13,950 nt of DNA. Origin: Promethearchaeota archaeon. Its GTDB lineage: Archaea; Asgardarchaeota; Lokiarchaeia; Sigyniarchaeales; SOKP01. Below, one piece after another: positions 1-5,032 of the stretch (positions are counted from its first letter, which is position 1; every line of letters begins with the position of its first letter). The stretch lies in assembly GCA_048940925.1 (NCBI GenBank), contig JBHLOC010000010.1, positions 1-13,950 of the forward strand, read 5' to 3'. Position numbers and translations under genes: made by a program. Under the pieces are notes generated by a model. That model was not told the DNA's origin. It did not search any database and saw nothing but the letters and a program-made list of their open reading frames with translations.

Positions 1-399
1 ATGCTTTACATATCGAATTTTAGGATTATTGCTTCAGGAAAGAAGGAAATTAAACAAGCGAGATTAAGTGGAATGGGTTTAGAATTTATCAGGCTTGGGT
101 CGTATGCTGTCCACAAGTCAGTATCAGATTCCATCGCTAAATCTGTAGCAGCTGATATGGAGGCATCTAATATCTTGAATTATGGTCACATTTATCCATT
201 TAAGGACAATTATGACATAGAAGAGAAGAAGATTAAAAAAGGTGTTATCAAGTACAAGGTAGATGTTCCTTTCACCGATAAAAAAGGGAAAGAAAAAGTT
301 TCTAACATGAATATTACAGTGATTGTCAAGAAAGGACCTAAAATGGATAAAAGAGTAGCTAAAGTAGCAGAAATACTCAAAAAAAATTCAAAAAATTAA
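1..399 (+). CDS. Hypothetical protein, probably 5'-truncated by the window edge; possible PH/GRAM-like domain
   Basis: Open frame from base 1 to TAA 397-399, followed by a T10 tract. The N-terminal LYISNFRII resembles the G-x-LYLTNxRII strand of GRAM/GLUE/PH-like folds. The fold call is weak. Confidence 0.6.
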   Translation: MLYISNFRIIASGKKEIKQARLSGMGLEFIRLGSYAVHKSVSDSIAKSVAADMEASNILNYGHIYPFKDNYDIEEKKIKKGVIKYKVDVPFTDKKGKEKVSNMNITVIVKKGPKMDKRVAKVAEILKKNSKN

Positions 400-415
400 G
401 AACTAATAAATTCAA

Positions 416-425
416 TTTTTTTTTT
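416..425 (+). terminator. Oligo-T archaeal-type terminator candidate
   Basis: T10 run 16 nt after the stop codon of ORF 1..399. Confidence 0.45.
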
Positions 426-457
426 AATCAAATTAATAACAGTTAATTCCAAATGCA

Positions 458-465
458 TTTATAAA
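458..465 (+). promoter_or_regulatory. TATA box candidate for the 499..1065 gene
   Basis: TTTATAAA ending 34 nt before ATG 499, with a GGTG (SD-like) at 487-490. Confidence 0.4.
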
Positions 466-498
466 GTCTAAATATATTACATTTTTGGTGTAAAATTT

Positions 499-1065
499 AT
501 GGTTGGAACAAAAGTTCATGTAGCATATGAGATTAAAGATCCTCCGCTAATTGTTAAACCCAATGATGAAATTGAAGGAAAGATCACAATAACAAACGGA
601 GAAAAAAAGGATAAAAAGTTAAAAAAGTTGTTTATTGAATTGTTTGATATGTATAAAGAATTAGTTTCCACTACAGATCCTCAAACCGGGGAAGAAACTG
701 AATCTTGGAGAGATCAAAAGAAGGAATTAAAGCAATGGGACATTGCTTCTGGTGAGAAACTAAAAGCAGGAGAGAAAAAAGAATATCCTTTTAAGATTAA
801 ATTGCCAATATGGCAAAAAAAAAAAGGCAAGGGAAAAGAAGATGATATATATAATAAATGGCGCTTGGAACTACACTTTAAACAAAAAACAGCAATGGTT
901 GCTTCTAGAGGATCTGAAAAACTAGATGCAACATGCATATTACCGGTAAAAGGCTCAAAATTTACTCCTTCATTTGGGGATATTAAATTAGCAAAGAAAC
1001 AGAAGAAACAAAAGAAAGCAGAAGAAAAAGCAAAAGCATCTGGGAGCGAAATTGGTGGAGGTTGA
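499..1065 (+). CDS. Arrestin-N / SpoOM-like beta-sandwich protein with Lys-rich C-terminal tail
   Basis: Pattern PNDEIEGKITI...KKLFIELF...LKAGEKKEYPFKIKLP...WRLELHF matches the arrestin-N/SpoOM/Vps26-like sandwich (PGxxxxGxV...LxxGxxxYPFxFxLP). ATG start, TGA stop. Confidence 0.65.
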   Translation: MVGTKVHVAYEIKDPPLIVKPNDEIEGKITITNGEKKDKKLKKLFIELFDMYKELVSTTDPQTGEETESWRDQKKELKQWDIASGEKLKAGEKKEYPFKIKLPIWQKKKGKGKEDDIYNKWRLELHFKQKTAMVASRGSEKLDATCILPVKGSKFTPSFGDIKLAKKQKKQKKAEEKAKASGSEIGGG

Positions 1066-1113
1066 CTTTATTAATCTTTGAGTAGATTTTTTAAATATTC
1101 AAATATTTTATTC

Positions 1114-1146
1114 TTTTTTTTTCGAATTCCGTTGATCGGATTCGAA
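1114..1146 (+). terminator. T-tract plus hairpin downstream of the arrestin-like gene
   Basis: T9 at 1114-1122 overlaps the inverted repeat TTCGAA(T)TCCG-ttgat-CGGATTCGAA (1121-1146; 10 bp with one bulge). Confidence 0.4.
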
Positions 1147-1222
1147 TCATAGAAGGTACCATCTTCATCAATCTATACTATATATATAGACTATAGGTAT
1201 TTAAAGTCAGAAAGTTTGAAAA

Positions 1223-1320
1223 TTCTTGAGCAAAATTTTACTCTCCTGTCATAATATTAGTTTCAGTGATAACAGAATAACTAATGAATAAGTAACCAAA
1301 GAAAAAATTCTGCTCAAGAA
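1223..1320. repeat. 98-bp element bounded by a 17-bp inverted repeat (long hairpin or MITE-like)
   Basis: TTCTTGAGCAAAATTTT (1223-1239) versus AAAATTCTGCTCAAGAA (1304-1320) is 16/17 complementary. An inner pair ATTAGTT (1256-1262)/AACTAAT (1279-1285) is nested inside. Confidence 0.7.
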
Positions 1321-1329
1321 CATATTACA

Positions 1330-1507
1330 TCCCTTCCTATCTCAAACGATCCAATCCTCACAGCTCCGCATACATTAAAAACCCAAATGCCCTAAGCCTG
1401 AACCTTGTGGTTCCTCTTTCAACACCACACACTCGTGCTATTGAGAGTGGCAGGCTAAACAGGTCGCCCGAAAGCTCCCCCCATACACCCCCACCTCACT
1501 AACCCTG
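1330..1507 (-). ncRNA. Candidate structured non-coding RNA of unknown class (boundaries approximate)
   Basis: GC-rich, non-coding segment in an AT-rich background. Nested helices 1395-1400/1451-1456, 1406-1411/1424-1429 and 1430-1434/1445-1449. Minus-strand hairpin GG-GA-GCU-UUCG-GGC-GA-CC at 1479-1462. Minus-strand TTTATA at 1533-1528 lies upstream. Confidence 0.45.
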
Positions 1508-1600
1508 CTAAAACCTTTAAAAGAATGTATAAATATTGCATTCTAGAATCCAATGCAATTGGATAAATTCATCAAGATATAAAAATAAGAGGTGGTAAGC

Positions 1601-1750
1601 ATGCCATATCTCAAAATACGAATAAATCAAGATATTGATGAAGGAAAAAAAGCAGAAATAATCGGCATTTTTACTTACTCTGTGTATCATAAATTATATA
1701 TGCTTAAGGTTCTTAATGTTTCTTATGGGAAAATATCCATATTGCTATAA
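1601..1750 (+). CDS. Uncalled 49-aa ORF resembling the tautomerase superfamily (Pro-1, beta-alpha); possibly a truncated remnant
   Basis: My translation is MPYLKIRINQDIDEGKKAEIIGIFTYSVYHKLYMLKVLNVSYGKISILL*. SD-like GAGGTGG at 1589-1595. The MP-x-hydrophobic strand followed by a 'D-E-x-K-x-x-I-x-x-x-T-x-x-V' helix resembles the 4-oxalocrotonate tautomerase/MIF N-terminus. Confidence 0.5.
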   Translation: MPYLKIRINQDIDEGKKAEIIGIFTYSVYHKLYMLKVLNVSYGKISILL

Positions 1751-1914
1751 AGAGCTTCATACAGAGGATTTTTTCGTAGTCACTCAAAAAGAGATAATGT
1801 AAGGAAAAATTAGTACAAAAATCGAGACACATGAGTTTAAGATAGAATGGACTTAAACCAAAAAAAAGGGTTAAAAAGTTTTTAAAACGTCTAAAGAAGT
1901 TAGTAATTTCGATA

Positions 1915-2556
1915 TTGCTTGTGGTTTTAATATGGAGTATCTATATCGGAATTCTTTTTAGAATAAATCCAAGATTAAATTGCAAGACAAGAGTAAATGA
2001 GGAAATTACATGGGAAGTTGAAAAATATGAACCAACTGAAACATACCTTGGTGAAATTTACATAAATTTTATCATCAAATATGAAATCTGGATAAACACT
2101 CCTTTACCCTTTATACATAGCTTTGATGGGTGCCATTTAAAACCAATAGCAGAAGCAATCCTTACAAATACCTCTATATCAGACGAAACATTGTATTATA
2201 GCTTCGGTTGTTATTTAGCGATGGTACCAGTATTTTATACACCTGGAATTACGAATAAAGCAGGATCTATACATTTTAGGATTAATTACACGGAAATATC
2301 AGGATTACCTGAAGGGCTTTACATCTTTTGGGTAGATTTTGGCGATTTGTACGGTAGGGATGGTATTATAGAATCCTATAAAACCTATATGAATGTCTCC
2401 GAAGATGGAACATTGGTTTATTCTGATGATACTGTTGATTATACGGTCTGGTTTTGGGGAGGATTTATAACTTCTACAGCTATTATAACCGGGAGTATTT
2501 TGATAATTTATATTAGATTAGTATTTAAAGATAAAATAACCAAACGCTTTAAATAA
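1915..2556 (+). CDS. Hypothetical membrane protein with N- and C-terminal TM helices flanking a beta-rich domain; the true start probably lies upstream (1831 or 1847)
   Basis: Hydrophobic N-terminus (LVVLIWSIYIGILF) and C-terminal TM (VWFWGGFITSTAIITGSILIIYI) followed by a basic tail. The frame stays open upstream to TAG 1843-1845 and encodes NGLKPKKRVKKFLKRLKKLVISI. Confidence 0.7.
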   Translation: MLVVLIWSIYIGILFRINPRLNCKTRVNEEITWEVEKYEPTETYLGEIYINFIIKYEIWINTPLPFIHSFDGCHLKPIAEAILTNTSISDETLYYSFGCYLAMVPVFYTPGITNKAGSIHFRINYTEISGLPEGLYIFWVDFGDLYGRDGIIESYKTYMNVSEDGTLVYSDDTVDYTVWFWGGFITSTAIITGSILIIYIRLVFKDKITKRFK

Positions 2557-2868
2557 TTAGTTTCTTCTAAAGAAGAATACTGGATTGTTATTTGCTTATG
2601 ATGAATTAAGAATAGAGTTATGAGTTCTATTAAAGATTTCGGGCTATTATCATCTTTTTTTTAAAGTTTTTCAAAGAAATTTTCTATGAAATCAGACTCT
2701 GAATTTACCTTTTGAGACTATCTGAAGCCAAAATTTATGTTCATTCTTTTTTAAAAGAAATGCAATTTGATGTATATAAATGTCAAAGAAAATAATTTTA
2801 TGGTAAATTATAAGAAACATATAAACTATTTTAACCATGTTTTATTATAAAGAATTGAGTTGATTATT

Positions 2869-3696
2869 ATGTCAAAACTAGAAGTAGATTCAGTAGGACA
2901 AACAAGAGAGGGAACATTTGAGTATGATTGGAAAATGGCTGCCTTGTATAATTTGTGTGTTGGTGCACAAGCAGAAGATTTATCCTTTGTTTATGAGAGG
3001 GCACAAGGTGGTATGAAAGTGTTTCCGAGTTATGCAACAATTGTAGCAGGTAGCGGAATGATTTTCCCGCCAGGAACTGATTTTGTTCGATTATTACATG
3101 GTGAGCAATTAATTCATCTTTATGCACCTTTTAAACCAAAGGGAAAAATAAATACAAAAGGCCTTATAGAACATATATACGATAAAGGTAAAGCTGCTGT
3201 CATACATATAAAAATATCCGGACATTCAGAAGAAGGAGAACACATATTCGATACAAGATATGTATATTTTGTTGCTGGTTCAGGAGGTTTTGGAGGGGAC
3301 CCGGGACCAAAAGCTGAACGCATAGTTCCTCCCGAGGGAGTAGAACCCGATTTTAGTAGTTCCTATCAGACCAGTCCAAATCAAGCAGCATTTTATAGAC
3401 TAAATGGAGATCTGAATCCATTACATATTGATCCGAATTTTGCTAAAATGGCACGTCAACCAAAACCGATCCTTCATGGGTTATGTACATACGGGATTGC
3501 TACACGTGCTATCGTGTATGAACTATGTGATAAGGATCCATCTCGCTTAAAAGAATTCAATGCAAGATTTACAAATGTCGTGTTTCCTGGTGAAACTATT
3601 ATAACTGAAGGCTGGAAGGATGATGGTCGTTATATAATTCAAGTTAGAAAGGATGATACTGTAGTTCTAGGGAATTCTTATGCCATTGTAGAGTAA
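2869..3696 (+). CDS. MaoC-family double hot-dog (R)-specific enoyl-CoA hydratase 2 (MFE-2 hydratase-like)
   Basis: Hydratase-2 motif YRLNGDLNPLHIDP..., ILHGLCTYG, LLHGEQ, DKGKAA, GSGGFGG, VVFPGETI. ATG 2869 is preferred over TTG 2860. Confidence 0.92.
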   Translation: MSKLEVDSVGQTREGTFEYDWKMAALYNLCVGAQAEDLSFVYERAQGGMKVFPSYATIVAGSGMIFPPGTDFVRLLHGEQLIHLYAPFKPKGKINTKGLIEHIYDKGKAAVIHIKISGHSEEGEHIFDTRYVYFVAGSGGFGGDPGPKAERIVPPEGVEPDFSSSYQTSPNQAAFYRLNGDLNPLHIDPNFAKMARQPKPILHGLCTYGIATRAIVYELCDKDPSRLKEFNARFTNVVFPGETIITEGWKDDGRYIIQVRKDDTVVLGNSYAIVE

Positions 3697-4055
3697 ATAA
3701 TATTTTTCAAAATTTTTATTTTAACTTTTTATTTATTTCCAAAAAAGAAATAAAAAGTCTAAGAGATTTGAAAAAGTTAGCTTTTCCCCATTCTTGATTT
3801 TTTTTTGGTATTTAATGAAAATTTTTGAGAGATAAGGAGATCAAGACAAAAAGGGAATAACGTGTTATCAATTTTTTCGATTTTCTTAGATATTTCACCT
3901 TTTCGAAATTGCTCTTATGAGTTCATAGTTTTATTTTAATTTTTTCAAAGTAATTTTCATTGAAATCAAACGCAGAATTTATCTTTCTATTAAAACTAAT
4001 ATTTAACCTTAAAGAAGATATATTAAGTATTTAAGATATTAAAGAGTCTAATTCA

Positions 4056-4922
4056 TTATTTCTTAGGTATACCTTGAGGACATATTTTTAGACAATAGCT
4101 ACAATAATTATTATTAATAAGACTTTCTATGCATTTAGATCGATCGATATGGGTAATTGTAGCAGTATCATCATGGTATATGGGTGTTTCAAAAGCAGCG
4201 TTTCCTTTACATTCTCTAACACACGCTCCACACGCCATACAATACTCCTCTAAAGTTGTGAGCTCTCTTTTAGATTTTTCAGGAATTTCAGCATCGGTGG
4301 TGATGATACTCCATCTTTGACGAGGACCAAACTCAGGAGAAATAACTAATCCATTCCGACCCATGATCCCTAACCCCGCACTAACCGCATGAGGTGGGAA
4401 TAACATTTTTCCACCAAAAGGGTGATGTGCTTCACTTTTATAACCTAAACTTTTTAAATATTCAGTTAATTGAATAGTAATCTTTCCTAATTCATAATAT
4501 ACACGAAATGCTTCGAGTCCACAGTGTTCACTTGGAGCAGTTTTGATCTTATCCCATAACAACTCCATTCCTAGCACTATTGCATTTTTACCAAAAATTT
4601 TAAGATTATAAAAAATGAAATCTTCATTTATAGGGGTATAACCTATAAGATCAACGCCTTTTCGCTTAGCTTTCTTTTCAAATTCACTCCAAAAATCTGG
4701 GCTTATCTCGGTTTTACTATTATTTTCATTTCCATATTTTGTTTTTCTTGCTTCCTGAAAACCATTAAACGTCTCTTGAATGTACCTATTAAACTTATTT
4801 GCTAAGTCAGGATCCAATTTTTCTTCAGACCTAAGCTTCATTCTAAACAATTCTTTAGGTACTATAAACTTCAAATTCTCATTTTTACCAATATATGTTG
4901 GTTTAATACCTACATCTGACAA
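4056..4922 (-). CDS. Reductive dehalogenase / epoxyqueuosine reductase (QueG)-like protein with two 4Fe-4S motifs, probably cobalamin-dependent
   Basis: AVSAGLGIMGRNGLVISPEFGPRQRWSIITTD, CMACGACVRECKGNA (CxxCxxCxxxC) and C-x9-CSYCLKICP. No Tat signal. TTG start. Confidence 0.8.
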   Translation of the reverse strand: MSDVGIKPTYIGKNENLKFIVPKELFRMKLRSEEKLDPDLANKFNRYIQETFNGFQEARKTKYGNENNSKTEISPDFWSEFEKKAKRKGVDLIGYTPINEDFIFYNLKIFGKNAIVLGMELLWDKIKTAPSEHCGLEAFRVYYELGKITIQLTEYLKSLGYKSEAHHPFGGKMLFPPHAVSAGLGIMGRNGLVISPEFGPRQRWSIITTDAEIPEKSKRELTTLEEYCMACGACVRECKGNAAFETPIYHDDTATITHIDRSKCIESLINNNYCSYCLKICPQGIPKK

Positions 4923-4959
4923 TTTTCTTCAAACCTTGGGGTAAATAATTTTTAATAAA

Positions 4960-4979
4960 AGTATTTATCAATAAATACT
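4960..4979. promoter_or_regulatory. Perfect palindrome in the divergent promoter region; candidate operator
   Basis: AGTATTTAT-ca-ATAAATACT (9-bp arms, 2-nt spacer) in the 110-bp gap between two divergently oriented genes. Confidence 0.5.
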
Positions 4980-5032
4980 CATAAAATGCTAAAATTTTTA
5001 CTCATTCTTATATTAAGTACAATATAAAGATA

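Noticed and set aside
714-938. 74-aa minus-strand ORF
   Set aside because: Antisense shadow of the Lys-rich arrestin-like gene, with Phe/Ser-rich composition and no motif.
1172-1200. TA-rich self-complementary stretch (TCTATACTATATATATAGACTATAGGTAT)
   Set aside because: Low-complexity TA repeats are trivially palindromic, so no function can be supported.
1438-1494. Minus-strand mini-frame containing CLACH (CxxCH heme-like motif) ending at TAG
   Set aside because: Under 20 codons, no export signal, and it overlaps the base-paired region, so it is most likely chance.
1330-1507. Identification as SRP RNA, RNase P RNA, 5S rRNA, tRNA, TPP riboswitch, group II intron end or ORB origin element
   Set aside because: I could not find the diagnostic motifs (SRP helix 8, GAGGAAAGUCC, T-loop GTTCRA, CUGAGA, the D5 helix, the ORB TCCA-GAAAC core) on either strand.
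2867-3323. Minus-strand ORFs 2867..3127 and 3120..3323
   Set aside because: They lie antisense to the well-supported hydratase gene and have no recognisable motifs.
3777-3926. Minus-strand 50-codon frame with an internal TAA at codon 4 in the 3697-4055 gap
   Set aside because: No recognisable similarity, so there is not enough evidence to call a pseudogene.
4129-4320. 63-aa plus-strand ORF
   Set aside because: Antisense to the conserved Fe-S region of the QueG/RdhA-like gene.
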